From NCBI RefSeq assembly GCF_001194135.2, contig NC_068984.1, positions 17,131,944 through 17,195,943 on the forward strand: a DNA stretch of 64,000 nt. The letters run 5' to 3'. Below the pieces are notes generated by a model. The model was not told the origin of the DNA. It saw only the letters and a program-made list of their open reading frames with translations, and made no database searches. Source of the stretch: Octopus bimaculoides. Lineage: Eukaryota. Within the stretch, counting starts at the first letter, position 1. Each line of letters opens with the position of its first letter. The translations under genes were made by a program, and so were the position numbers. Shown one piece after another: positions 38,303 through 51,808 of the stretch.

Positions 38303-40694
38303 ATTCACGAGCAATGTTCCTTCTAATCTGTCACTCTCAAAAAGTCTGAAAACTTCTGGAATGCACTGCATAATTCACAAGCACAATATTCCTTCTAATT
38401 TTTTGGCATTGAGTGTGTGCAGAAATTTGCATTGTGGGCAAATTTTGTCTTTATTTGTAAAATATGTGTGTATCCATGTTCAAATTTCTTCAATAAAAAA
38501 AATCCATCCTAACATCTTATGTGCACGTTTTTCCCCATTTCTTGTAAAATGTGTACACACACACACACACACACAAGTATAAAGCTTAGAGTGAATGCTG
38601 GTGATTCGTTTATTAGTTTCCATCAATAGATTTTGGTATGCGCTATCTTCTGAGGTGTAAGTTATAGTGATGTCAATACTTTGTCAATTTAGGTGAACCT
38701 AGGTTGGACTCGAATATAGAATGTAAAGGGAGATAACCAAATACACCAGTTAATAATGTAACAGGTAAAAAAAAAATTACAACGAAAATTATCAAGGGAT
38801 AAATATCGGCTTGAAACCTTATAAGTAGAATAGATGTTAGCTTACTTGATATAGAAAGAAAAAACAAACAAAAGAACAAGAAAAAACAAGAAATTTAAAT
38901 AAAAATGAAATCACACTTTCAGTGACGAAAACAATAATTTAAATTACTAATTCTAAAATTGATAAAAATGCAAGTGATACAGTTTTGACATTTTCGTTGA
39001 TTAGAATTAATTAAAAATCTGTTATATGCAATTGAGGCAGTATTAAATTAGAATAGTCATTTGTGTATCATACTTAATGCATATACATCGTTGATAGGCC
39101 AGTTGTTGCAGTGTTCATTCTGTAATATCATCTGTTATGGACAAGCTGTATTAAAATACAACAAATATGTAAAAACCAAGGTGCCATATAAAAAGCACAG
39201 GTGTAAATGCTACATAAAAATTACTGGTGCTGGTGCCATGTAAAAAGCACCCAGTCCACTCTGTAAAGTGGTTGGCATTAGGGAGGACATCGAGCTGTAG
39301 AAACCGAGTCAAAACAGATTATGGAATCTGGTGTGGCCCCTGGCCTTGCCAGTTCCTGTTAAGCCATCTAACCAGCATGGAAAATGGACATTAAATGATG
39401 ATGAAATAACAGAGGGAAATGGACATTTCCAGTATGGAAAATGGACATTAAATGTTGACGAAATAAAAGAGGGAAACAAAAATCACCCCAGTAGCACCCA
39501 GATGTGTTTTGACCTTTTGCGAATTTTTTACCATGATGTGTACTCTCAGTCAGCCATATGCTCGGACAAGAATTTGTCGACACCAACAGAGGAAGCGGTG
39601 AATACACTGGATTTTTATTCAACCAAGGCAGCTATTTGCAACAACTGTGAATGTTTCATTTTCTATTTCCTATATTGGAAGTGAAGAATTCTTGTCCAAG
39701 CACCTGGCTCACTGCAAGTACACATCATTGGAAGGACCCAAAGGGGTTAAAAGGAATCTGGCATCCTTATTGGCAGCTGCAGGGATGATTTTCATTTCTT
39801 CTTCTGATCTTTACTGTATTTTTAATGTTGCATGTCCACATTACTCCATTTGGAGCATAGGGTTGCGTTCTCTGACATACATATAATATTCCTTGTGCAG
39901 GACGCTGGTCTGTTGACTGACCATTTTTACCAGCTGAAAGAAGTGTTTTGCTCAAGAATAATGCATTGTCCAGTCCAAGAATCAAAACCACAGTCTTAAG
40001 ATTGTGGGTCCAACACTCTAACCACTAAGCCAAGCTTCCAAATGTCCATAGGAGGTGTTATCTCAGTACAAATAATGTACATTAAATTTGATACTGAGAT
40101 GGAATCTAGTGGTGAGTGGGTTTGATCTTTAGCAGTATAGTGACAACTCTGTCATGTTTTAGTATTATTAGACTTCAGCAAAGCGACAATGCCTACTGAT
40201 TAATGTGTTAAGCTCACAACCATAAGATTGTGGGTTCAGTTTCTGAACCAGGCAACATATTGCATTCTTGAGCAAGGCACTATATTTTATGTTGTTCCAG
40301 TCTCCTCGGTTGTAAATTAGTATCAGACTAGTTTTGTTGCAGCTCTCTTATCCTCAAGCTGTCACATTCTTAATGTTCTGCTTGCTCATGTGCAGGAGAG
40401 CCAACAGGGTGATTTTGCAAACATCCATACTCAAGTGTTTTCAATTAAAACATCTGATTCCATCTTAAAAACCTTGCGTGCACACATTTTCATTTTCTTT
40501 TCTAGTTGTAAAATGTGTATGCACACATAAGCATCCTGCTTAGAGGGAATACCTAGGCATCTAAAACAATTAGAGAAAGTGCAGTACAAGTATCAGATTA
40601 GATTTCCTTGTGAGTATTAGCTAAACTTTTCTAAATTACTAGCCTTCATCAGTAAAGCATAATCTAACCCAAATTGTGAGATCTTAGATAGATG

Positions 40695-40881
40695 GGCACA
40701 GGTGTGGCTGTGTGGTAAGAAGCTTGCTTCCCAACCACATGGTTCTGGATCTTGTCCCACTGTGTGGCACCTTGGGCAAGTGTCTTCTGCTATAGCCACG
40801 GGCCAACCAAAGCCTTGTGAGTGGATTTGGTAGACAGAAACTGAAAAGAAGCCCATAGTACAGAGTACAAATATACACACA

Positions 40882-40919
<38 letters not shown>

Positions 40920-41165
40920 TACACACACACACACATATATATATATGTGTGTGTGTGTGTGTCTTTTTGTCTGTGTTTGTGTCCCTGCCACCATTGATTG
41001 ACAACTGATGTTGGTGTGTTTTCGTCCCCGTAACTTAGCGGTTTGGCAAAAGAGACCAATAGAATAAATATCAAGCTTACAAAGAATAAATCCTGGGGGC
41101 GATTTCTTCAGCTAAAATTAAAAAAAGGGTGGTGCTCCAGCATGACTGAAACAAGTAAAAGAGTA
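40695..41165 (+). mobile_element. tRNA-derived SINE family A with expanded (CA)n/(TG)n tract
   Basis: Same head, body and tail as 59912-60336. Confidence 0.8.
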
Positions 41166-42389
41166 GATGATTGACGTGTAGGGTTTTGTGAATGAATACT
41201 GAGTTGCATAACAACTTAGAGAAACGACAGGAAAAAATTACCCAGGGGCACCTGCTGTGAGAAAACTTAATAATTCATAACATAGATGGTGTGGTAATAC
41301 TTAGTGTAATAAACCAAGAAATTTTAATCAATTATAATTAGTAATGATGTCTAAATGATGAATTCTTACCAAGCTGTAACTAGAAATTAAAGAGGAGTGG
41401 TTTGCATTGAGCTCAACAGGAAGTTACTATCTCTACATTATCTATGCCAATGAGGGAGCCATTGAGCAGCTTCACAAGTAACAGTCAAACCACACCATGC
41501 TAGGGATAGTAGCCAAATCTCTCCTCAAATCACATAATACCATCTTAGATTAGAAGATGCAATAAATAATGCAGTCCTGCAGGCATCATGCTTGAATATT
41601 TGAGGTGGTCACAGGTGGAATGCTTTTGAATATAGATCTGCTTGATTAAAGCTAACCTCTGGCTAAATAAAAACAACTGTGTCATTTTTCTAAATTATCC
41701 AATTAAAATGTTAACGCCAGTTTTAGTATGTCAATTGCATGCTGTGGTGTGAGCTATGTTTATGGCTGCAGTCAGATGACAGTTTTGTTTACATAGTAAC
41801 CAGCAATAAACAGCAATACTTATGTATTAAATTATGTGAGGAGGAAGGGAATGCATGTAAATGTGTGTAGAACTATATATCATGTCAGGACATCACATGA
41901 TCTCAAAGCTCATTAATCAAAATAGAGGGTGGTAGTGGTGGTGGGGAAACCACCTGATTTTAAGGGATAATTGCTTAAGAAAAAAAATTGTATTTTCACT
42001 TGCTTTTCATACCATTTTTGTAATTCTTTCTTTCAACAGCTTCAGACGCTGAACTGTGGCCATGTTGGGACACTGCATTCAAGGATTTTAGATTTTCAAT
42101 TAACCCCAGTACATATTTTATCAAAGTAAATTTGTCAAATCACTGAGTTATCTATTCTTGTAAAGGAGTGTTGTGCAATATATAATAAAAACACAGAAAC
42201 ACCTACACATGCATGATAGGCTTCTTCATAGTTTCCATCTACCAAATTCCACTTTCAAAGCCTTGGTTACTCTGATGTCTGTTAAAGAATCATACAGTTG
42301 TGATTAAACCCACGACCAAATAGTTGTGAAGCAAACCTTTTAACCAAATTGCTTATAATTTCACTTTTTGATTTTAATTTATTCTCATT

Positions 42390-43200
42390 CCTAATGTTCA
42401 AAACTCACCTGACTACAACTTGTTTCACAAAGACCACTTTAATTGCATAAGGGGTGGTATCATGGTATATGTTCACCTCAGGCTTTTTAGTAATTCTTTG
42501 TGATAATTGAACCAGTTGCAACAAAACATTTTTCTGTGATTTTCATATAAAGCATATCAACAATTCTTCTTGGAATTGTAATTCCTAAACTACCATTGAG
42601 ATACACAGATTTTTGACAAACACAGGAAAATAACCATCTTTGTTTTCATTATTGAGAACCTGGAGATAATTGGAAAACCTTTCACTGTCTGCTAAGTCGA
42701 AATGACTCTTTTGATTAAGAACTGGGTTCAAACTAGTCCCAAGTACTACCTCCCTCAATATGGTGGTGACAACACTTTGGATCTGCTAATTATTTCTGCT
42801 CCTGAAACTGTTATCAGCATCACTACCAAGAGACCTCTAGGCTACTCCAATCGTGCTATGATCATCTCCAACCTGTCTGTTATAGACAGAAAGAAACTTC
42901 ACCACAACTCACTTTTTCTGGAAATCTTATTGTACTGAATTACAGCACCCAAACTGGTTTGAATTTTACAATTTCATAGATGTCAATACTTCAGCTTATC
43001 CTCCATTCAAACTGGGCTACATGTGAAGCATCAATACTATGTAAAAAGTGCAATTTGGGAGAGTGCAGCAGTCCATCAAACCAGAAAATAATGACAAGAT
43101 ACTGAATGTGGGCATCAGTACACCATAAAGCTTCAGCATTAGCAAATGACTTGGTAGAAGTCCACAAATTTATCCAACATCTTTGGTCACCTTTTTTAAT
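42390..43200 (+). pseudogene. Decayed CR1/L2-type LINE endonuclease-region fragment
   Basis: Pieces YNLFHKD..RGGIMVYVH and NTLDLLIIS...PLGYSNRAMIISNL resemble the APE endonuclease C-terminal LDL...PLG.SDH motif. Confidence 0.55.
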
Positions 43201-46200
43201 TTAATGATGATCCTTTTAAAATAAAAAAAAAAATAAATAAAAAAAAGTGCAACACTGATGACTTTCAGAAACATTTTGTTTCATGATCAGAATTGTCAAA
43301 GTATAAGATAAAATACTCTTACCAGAGTATTTTATCTGTGAGGATCCTGTATCCTTAAAAACTTCCATGCTTTCTAAATTCCACCCAGAATACTCTTGGC
43401 ATACCCATGCACTCTTTTTTCTTGATGGATTTTTTATTGTCTGTTTTTCTATCTTGTGTTTTATTCTGTGTACTACTCATGTAGTTTTGGCTTTCATTGC
43501 TGTCTTTCTTTATTTGACTGATTGCAGTTTTCTTTTCCCCTTCTCTGATGAATTGTAGGTGCATCTGATCACAGTATATACAATAAGCTCGTTATTATTT
43601 TTAAACCCATGTTTCGTTAATACAGCTAGTATACCTGTGATCTAACAATGCAACATATACATTGCTCTTTATAGCTATATGTATGGAAATATTTCAAATT
43701 TTTTTTTAATACTCTTTCAGCAGAGAATATTGAATTGTACCAAAAACTGTTGCTTTGAAAATGCTCTCAATGGCAGCATTTTCATCCTTCTTTACTGGTA
43801 TAGTTTGTTTGCAATACCATAATCAGTGTACAAGAGGTTGTATAAGGGAGAGTTTTCTAGTTGCATTCTTGGTTAGGTATGAAGCCTCTGACTTTTAGGT
43901 GCAAAGCTGTTGTTTAACCACAGGTCAACTTTGACCAAAGAGACTCATGATCAAAAGTCTTCTATAGCTGTGACCAGCCAATAATTTTTTCTAATAGTAT
44001 ATCTGGTACAAAATTATCCATTGTGTTCTTCCACTTTTTTTTAAGACTATAAGGTGTCATTTGAAGGGAATTTGACATTTATTTCTAGCAGTGATTTAGG
44101 TTGAGCGACCAAGATAGGCTCCTTTGTTAGCTTTTAAGGTTAAGATAAAAATCTTGTGACTTTTATTAAAAATGAAATAACTGGGAACTGAAACTATATT
44201 CAACTGCATTAATTAATTTATATTACATAAGCTTTTCAAGAAAAGTTAAATTACAAGACTAAATATAAACTTTAGAGAAATTAAATACTGCCTTCTCTTC
44301 ACTATTGAGTGGCTTACTGTTAGGAAAGTATCCAGCTATATATATAGAAAATCTCTGTTAAAAAAAGTACATACAAACATCCAAATTTGAATAATCCCTC
44401 ATGCAATCTCAGGTTAGAGATATTAAAAAAAGATGACAAATTTTCTAAATTATTGAAAATGCAAAATTCTTATTGTTTTAACACATTTGTTTCATGTTGA
44501 AATATACTGAATGACTGTTTAATACAGCATGTCTACAATGCATCTTAAACCCATCATTTCATCTGTAATATTCAACCTTTTTTAGGAGGCTCCAGCTACC
44601 TCTAATGCTCCCCTTGATCTACATACATCACTGATATTTTCTGTCATTTACAAAATTCGGGAGGGAACCTCTATGTAATCACTTGCCCAGCAACAATTAA
44701 TGGCCAAATCTCCTTCAAATCACACCTTACTGTCTTAAAAAAAAACAAAGACACATTTCTTTTTTCCTTTTCACATGGCCTGGAAGTGACAGCTTACATA
44801 CACATCCTGTCAAAATGGTTAATGAATACGGTTTCGTCATTTTCAGAATTAACTTTCGTATTAATTCTCCTTTGAGCAGCTGATCAGTGTTCGTTAGGAA
44901 CTGAATGAGAAAGCAATAGCTGTATGCTATAAATATTTCTTTTGCATGGTCATTTAGGATCTTACCATCTAGTGTGTTTATTATTTTTTAATTTAAAATG
45001 ACATAATAGCTTAGTTTTGACCCAAAATATAAAATAAAGATTTTAATGTAAAAAAAAAAAAAAGAAAAAATATGCGTATTTTTCAATTATATTTATTAGA
45101 AAAGATATTTCAAGATTAAAACACACATACACATATAAACACACACACACACACTCTCTGTAAAGAGAATTTTTAAAAACTGAAGGACGGATGCTTTAAA
45201 CAACAAACATCTGAAAAATTTTAATTTTGAAGAAATTCTCAGTAGCTTTAAACCTGAAAATTTAATTTCTAATGAGATCTTAAATCTTATTTCAATAAAT
45301 AGATTATTACATAAAATAGCTTTGTGTAGAACTAATAAAAAAAACAACTTTTGAGTCAAATGAAAACAGTTCTCCTTCAATACAAAAATAAATGTTTCTT
45401 TTCTTTTTATAAAAAAATTGAATCACTCATATAATATTTTGGAAACTTATTCTTCAAAATACTTTGGTTCTGAATAGAAATGTGTCCTCAAATTCCTTAT
45501 TGCTATATTATAGAACTGTAGCTCCTAGTCACAAAACATACAGTGTGTAATGTCTTTATTGGTCAGGGTTGAAATACTCTTTCTTAGATATGAAACTTTT
45601 ATTGATCTGTTGTTAGAAAAAGTATATATTAATTACAAAAAAAAAAAAAAAAAGAGAGCTCAAACCTAAAAATCCTAAAGAATAGCAATTATCACAAGAA
45701 TTTTTTTGTTCTATTTTCAAGTGGAATTTGTGGTGATGACAATAATATTGATCTCTGATTTTAGCTCAAGGTTATACATTTGTAGATAGAGAGGATAGTC
45801 AACTAAACCAACCCTAGTAAGTGACCTGCAATGATTTTTATTGAATGTTTGAGGAATGAAAGACAAACTTGACTGGCAAGTTTCAACACAAAACATAAAG
45901 GAATTTATTTAAACACCACAAAGCATTTTATCTAGCACTCTACTGATTCTTCCACAAAAGAGAAGAAAATATTATCCATTCATGACAAAAAGCCCTACCA
46001 TTTTTACTATCAAACAATCAATCAAATGAGCCATTTCTCTTCTAGTGTTGGGCAAAGACCTTCTCCTTTTCTTTCTATATATTTCATTTTGGGTGCCCAA
46101 TTTCCAATTTCTGTCAAATCTAATGTGTTTATGTTGAGCTGTTCTTAGGTGCTCCACTATGTGACAATACAGCATGGCACAAGAACCTAAACCATGACAA

Positions 46201-46746
46201 AGTACTTTGGGCCAGCTGATTGTTATAACTTGAATAGAGCTCTCTTAAAGAAAATGGTAAAATGTAAGTATAGCAATTCTTTCTTATTTTGGCACAAGGC
46301 CAGCAATTTTGAGGGGGAGGTGGATAAATCAATTATCCACCTCAACATATAGAGCCAGCAGAATGTTGCTAAGCATTTTCTCTGACATGTTAATGATTCT
46401 GTGAGCTTGCTACCTTAAAATATAAGTACAATTATAAATATTATCTGTGCTGGCCATAAACAATGAAAATATCTTCTATCTTTTATTTGTTTCAGTCATT
46501 AGACTGTGGTCATGCTGGGGCACTGCCTTGAAGAATTTTAGTCAAGTAAATTAACCCCACTACTCATTGTTTTAAAGTCTGGTATTTATTCTACCAGTCT
46601 CTTACGTTGGATTGCTAAGTTACAGGAACGAAAATACACTAACAATGGTTGTTGACTGGTGGCAAGAGATAAACACACACCTATACATACATACATACAT
46701 ATATATATATATATATCAAAATAAGCAACAAGGATATCCAGAGGTA

Positions 46747-46835
46747 ATGCAGTACGATTGTTTCATGCAACTCCATTTAATTGAACAATGCAATCATTAC
46801 ATCAATTTAAAATGCAGAGCAATCTTCAGCTGCAC
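46747..46835 (-). ncRNA. Second hammerhead motif, the inverted copy in the left arm of the foldback
   Basis: Minus strand reads GTGCAG-CTGAAGA-T-TGC...GCA-T-GAAAC-AATC-GTA-CTGCAT. Core intact; stem III palindrome broken by a G>A change at a CpG. Confidence 0.65.
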
Positions 46836-46900
46836 AAAGACATAGATATAATTATACTAATGTGTCCATCTGTTCTAATGTAATTAAATTCTATGTCTTT

Positions 46901-46989
46901 GTGCAGCTGAAGATTGCTCTGCATTTTAAATTGATGTAATGATTGCATTGTTCAATTAAATAGAGTTGCATGAAACGATCGTACTGCAT
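46901..46989 (+). ncRNA. Type I hammerhead ribozyme motif (Penelope-like, palindromic stem III) in the right arm of a foldback element
   Basis: Stem I GTGCAG(46901-06)/CTGCAT(46984-89); core CTGAAGA (46907-13); extended bulged stem II opening with a T.T mismatch then TGC/GCA; GAAAC (46972-76); stem III palindrome ACGATCGT; GUA triplet, predicted cleavage after A46983. Confidence 0.75.
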
Positions 46990-49900
46990 CACCTCTGGAT
47001 ATCCTTGTTGCTATTTTGATTTTAATCACCTTACTTTGAAATTGTATGGATAATACCGTACTAAATTCTGGTGCCTCAACTTAAGTACCATATTCATCTA
47101 AATCTATCTATCTATCTATATATATATTTATGTGTGTGGTGGGATTCTTTCAGTTTCCATTTACTAAATCCACACACAAGGCTTTGGTCGGCTCAAGGCT
47201 ATAGAAGACACTTGCCCAAGGTGTGGGACTAAACCCTGGAACCATGTGGTTGGGAAGAAAACTTCTTACCATACAGCTACGCCTAGAGAATTATATATTT
47301 CTGCATACTTTCTCAAAATGATTGAATATCTCTGATCTAATAGCTACTTTACTTTGCTAAATTTTATTTAGAAGAATGCTACACTTCAATTTTAATTTAT
47401 ACATTTTAGAAGAGTGTATTTTGTTTCTAATTAAAATCCCAGATGAGATAGAGCCTAGATAGGAAAGATAATTAAAAATTTCTATTAACTTTGAAATAAC
47501 ACTTGACGTCAGCTTGGATATCTAACAGTCTAAAGTTATTAGAGTTGCTATGGAGTTTTTGCGATAATGGTTTACTTCAATGGATAAATAAAATCAAAAT
47601 CAAATTTACAACTTTGAAATAAATAAATTAAAAGTTTACAGGGATTACATGAATTGTTGATAATTCAGTTTAAAAATAGCCATCTATGGTTATTTTTAAA
47701 ATATATACACCGTTGACAACAAGCTGCAGTTTTGCCTGAGATAAAATTTCTTCTAGATATGCAGTGTTTAAAAAGACAATATATATCCGAGTGAGACAAA
47801 AAATCACTCCAGCAGAGGCCAGTCAACAATGAATACACATGACTGGCTAGGCCCAACAAGGCCAAAATGCATCTAATGTCCTGTGCAATTTTTCATTTCC
47901 CTCCAACACATCATTTCTAAACACAACACATGCATAAAATTTTTTTATCTTAGATGAAAACTGCAATATCTTGCTTATCAACAGCATATATGCTTTTGTA
48001 TGATACATAGATGGCTATATACTAATTGTTTTAAAATTTAACTGTAACCATTTCTTTCTTTAGCAGTCCCTTTTCATTTGTGCATACACAATGAATTATA
48101 TAATTAAAAAAGAGAAAAACAATAAATTTATTGAATATTTAAATAAGTAATCTTTTAATTAAGCTACTTTAAATATATGTAGCATCTATTACTACATAGG
48201 TTGTAAGCTCCAGGTGAACTACAGCTGTGAGATTTAACTCCTCCCCCTGGATATACTTAACCTACTGAGCCACTGTTCTTAGGAAAAACATGAATATCAC
48301 AATTTCTACTTTGCTTCATGTCTTTGATCCCATAATATCAATTGGAATTTACTCAAGAAATGTAAGCACTTGACATCTATTCATATTGAAAATTATCTTC
48401 ATCTTTTGTCTTTGAACAATTGTAAGTTGGGTTGATTTCAATAACCTTGAAAAGTTGCTCAAGTCAGTTTAGACATTTCATTCAAGAACAACATCTTCAA
48501 CTTTAACATTCCCAATTTTTCCTCCCTCTTTGAAAGGAAAAAATAGAATTCTTAAAGGATACATATTTGGCTGTTTTATCTATTGTATGAATTTCACTTT
48601 AACTATAAATGCAGTAGAATAGAAGCAATTTCTTTTGCCTCTCCTCTACCCACCACCACATAAAAAGAGACCAAATTTTCCTATTTTTCATCACATTCAA
48701 CTTCAGGAAAAAACTATGAAAATTATAAGAGTTACACACATAGTAAATCTGATTATAGAGGTTTTCAAAAACATAAAAGATTAAATCCCTTCAAAATGAG
48801 AAAAATATGAAGTGAATTTTCTAGAAGCCCCCAAAATTCATGATTCAGACCACAACAAACTATATCCAAAGAACACAAACAGAAATAAATTTAAACTAAA
48901 CTACAAGAGCCAAGTAAGCAAAGTTTACAATTCACGACTGCTGTAATTTATACAGCTATGCATTCAGCTATCCTAAAACAATTTAGAAACTTTGGAAAAA
49001 TAATCCTCTTTCTCACCTGATCCAATTAAACCCAAATTCTGTACTTGAGAACAAATACCCTTTAAAAAATCTCAAGAAATTGCAGACACCCTACACTCTT
49101 CTTTCCATTGTTAAAAAATTAAACTCGAGCAATTATGTAGAAAAATTCTAATATAATTTTGTTTTATGGGCTTTAAGTGGATGTTAAAAGGCTGAGAATA
49201 AAGTTTACATGAACCTTCATTCATGCGCTAATGAAAAACTGTAGTTATTGCAATATATGGTATGTTCCATAAATGTTTGTAAATATATCTGATTTTGTTG
49301 ATTGTGAAAATTTTTTAAGTATTATATATAGAAATATGGAAAAGAACTATTAAAAAAAACGTGACGTTTTTTGGCATCTAGAAATTTGACATAATGGCCT
49401 GGTTTTAAACACACTAAACATTTTAAGGAAAGTAAGTATTAAATACTATTAGCATATATTAGTTTTGTTTTCTTTAAAACATGTTTCTATGGTTTATGGC
49501 TAATTAATAAATATATTAATTAGCTGTTAATAGTTGACAAAACAAATATTAGTCTTCCAAAAACTGTCCAAAGACGGTTCACATATAAAAGAAGATTGTT
49601 GATAGTGTTTTAAAGAATCACTTAAATATAACTATCTTATATGATTTGTTAATAAACAGTAAATGTCATTTTCCTCATATGAAAATGTTAAACTTTGTTC
49701 AATCAATTTGATATTAGACTCTGAGTGTTAATCATTGTTTTGACTTCATTTTTAAAAAGTTTAAAGACTAAGTTATTTCTGATAGGAATGGAACTTCAAC
49801 TTAGCCCTCATGTTTGTGTTCATCAACTGATATATATATATCATCATCATCATCATCATCATCATCATCGTTTAACGTCCGTTTTCCATGCTAGCATGGG

Positions 49901-50808
49901 TTGGACGATTTGACTGAGGATTGGTGAAACCGGATGGCAACACCAGGCTCCAGTCTAATTTGGCAGAGTTTCTACAGCTGGATGCCCTTCCTAACGCCAA
50001 CCACTCAGAGAGTGTAGTGGGTGCTTTTACGTGTCACCCGCACGAAAACGGCCACGCTCGAAATGGTGTCTTTTATGTGCCACCCGCACAAGAACCAGTC
50101 CAGGGGCACTGGCAACGATCTTACTTGGCTTGCCGGATATATATATATATATATATNNNNNNNNNNNNNNNNNNNNNNNNNNNNNNNNNNNNNNNNNNNN
50201 NNNNNNNNNNNNNNNNNNNNNNNNNNNNNNNNNNNNNNNNNNNNNNNNNNNNNNNNNNNNNNNNNNNNNNNNNNNNNNNNNNNNNNNNNNNNNNNNNNNN
50301 NNNNNNNNNNNNNNNNNNNNNNNNNNNNNNNNNNNNNNNNNNNNNNNNNNNNNNNNNNNNNNNNNNNNNNNNNNNNNNNNNNNNNNNNNNNNNNNNNNNN
50401 NNNNNNNNNNNNNNNNNNNNNNNNNNNNNNNNNNNNNNNNNNNNNNNNNNNNNNNNNNNNNNNNNNNNNNNNNNNNNNNNNNNNNNNNNNNNNNNNNNNN
50501 NNNNNNNNNNNNNNNNNNNNNNNNNNNNNNNNNNNNNNNNNNNNNNNNNNNNNNNNNNNNNNNNNNNNNNNNNNNNNNNNNNNNNNNNNNNNNNNNNNNN
50601 NNNNNNNNNNNNNNNNNNNNNNNNNNCTAGCATGGAAAGCAGACGTTAAACGATGATGATGATGATGATGATGATTAATCTGACTTGCTTGAAAAAGGAG
50701 GTGCATGCTGTTAGAGCTCCAGACAAACAACCTATGGATTGACATAAATAAACTACTGCATTCTATGTTTATACTGAGTACTTCTTTCCTGGATCATTAC
50801 TCAACAAT

Positions 50809-50850
<42 letters not shown>

Positions 50851-51140
50851 TCATCATCATCATCATCATTTAACATCTGTTTTCCATGCTATCCATCTGA
50901 TTATGAATAGAAATCATACAGCTGGAGATATGATGGAAACATGATAAGTTTCATATGTAATGAATTTCACCTCATTAATTCAGAAGAATTATGTATGTAA
51001 TAAAATGTAAATTGTTTGGCGAATTGCTTGTGGAGATAATAAGGACAATGTTTAAACCTTCTCAACTCCGAGAAAAAATTTAATATGAAAATAACAAGAA
51101 GCTGAACACTTCTCACATTTGATCCTTTCTTTTGTACAAA

Positions 51141-51808
51141 TTAAATCTGTAAAACAAGACCTGCAGAGGAAATATTATCTCCTCCCCCAACAGTTTTGAG
51201 AATCTGAGTGCAGACAAGAACAGGGGCAACACATATTTCATAATCATTTTCATTCCAGCATGAGACAGGACGGTCCTTCTGCAGTGGGATTCGTTGACCA
51301 GACTCCACTTGACTTGTCGAGAAGGAATCATCCATGATGAGTCTGGCTTTTAAGGTATCGATATCAACTGATCCACAAACATGACGGTGAGCAGTCAATG
51401 CAGCTTTAGCTGTAGCTGACATTGAATGTTTCCATGTTGAAGACTTGTCAGTTAAAATAGCTTGAAAGGCAAGAGTATGTACATGCAGTCTTGTGACTTT
51501 ACGCTTACTTATGTTATTAGTTCTGTTATGAAGATGGTTGTATACAAATCGCATCTGATCTAAAACAGTTGCAATTCTTGGATAGGCATCAGATATTAAT
51601 GTGACACTGCCATCATTAAGAGCAGTCACTAAATTTGGCAACTCCTGTTCATTCATACCAAGTGAATCACTGTGGATGACAACTTTGTTTATTATTTCAC
51701 TCAACAGATCAGAATTTGAAAAAGATGCAAATTCAAAATGAATTTTGGTTTCAGGTGAAACAGATAACAGCATTTGTTCCAGTTCTGATAACTTAAGTTG
51801 TCTTTGAT
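51141..51808 (-). CDS. ADPGK: ADP-dependent glucokinase, terminal coding exon (668 nt including TAA), ending ...PVLVCTQILKTVGGGDNISSAGLVLQI*
   Basis: Acceptor tttgcttctattttcag|AT completes the Asp codon G|AT. Motifs IHFEFAS, DSLGMNEQEL, TRLHVHTLAF and the ribokinase-family anion-hole GGGD carrying the catalytic Asp. Confidence 0.97.

Larger units (their letters stand above)
46716..47100. mobile_element. Foldback element (131-bp arms at 46716-46846 and 46890-47019, 43-bp spacer, ~80-bp tail); probable non-autonomous Penelope-like pLTR pair
   Basis: Arms differ by 3 transitions and one 1-nt indel (compared by hand). Inserted in the (TA)n tract of a tRNA-SINE whose halves lie at ~46480-46715 and ~47100-47285. 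Confidence 0.7.

Noticed and set aside
40615-40660. Minus-strand CTGATGAAGGCTAG...TAGAAAAG resembling the 52.3-kb hammerhead
   Set aside because: The 3' stem II strand, GAAAC and stem I are lost; at best a dead relic.
43250-43285. CTGATGA-ctttca-GAAAC
   Set aside because: Stem II cannot form and the triplet and stem I register do not fit.
49905-49935. CTGAGGA-N5-GAAAC in the antisense of the RTE-tail repeat (several copies)
   Set aside because: Only 5 nt between the core halves, so no stem II, and no stem I or cleavage triplet.
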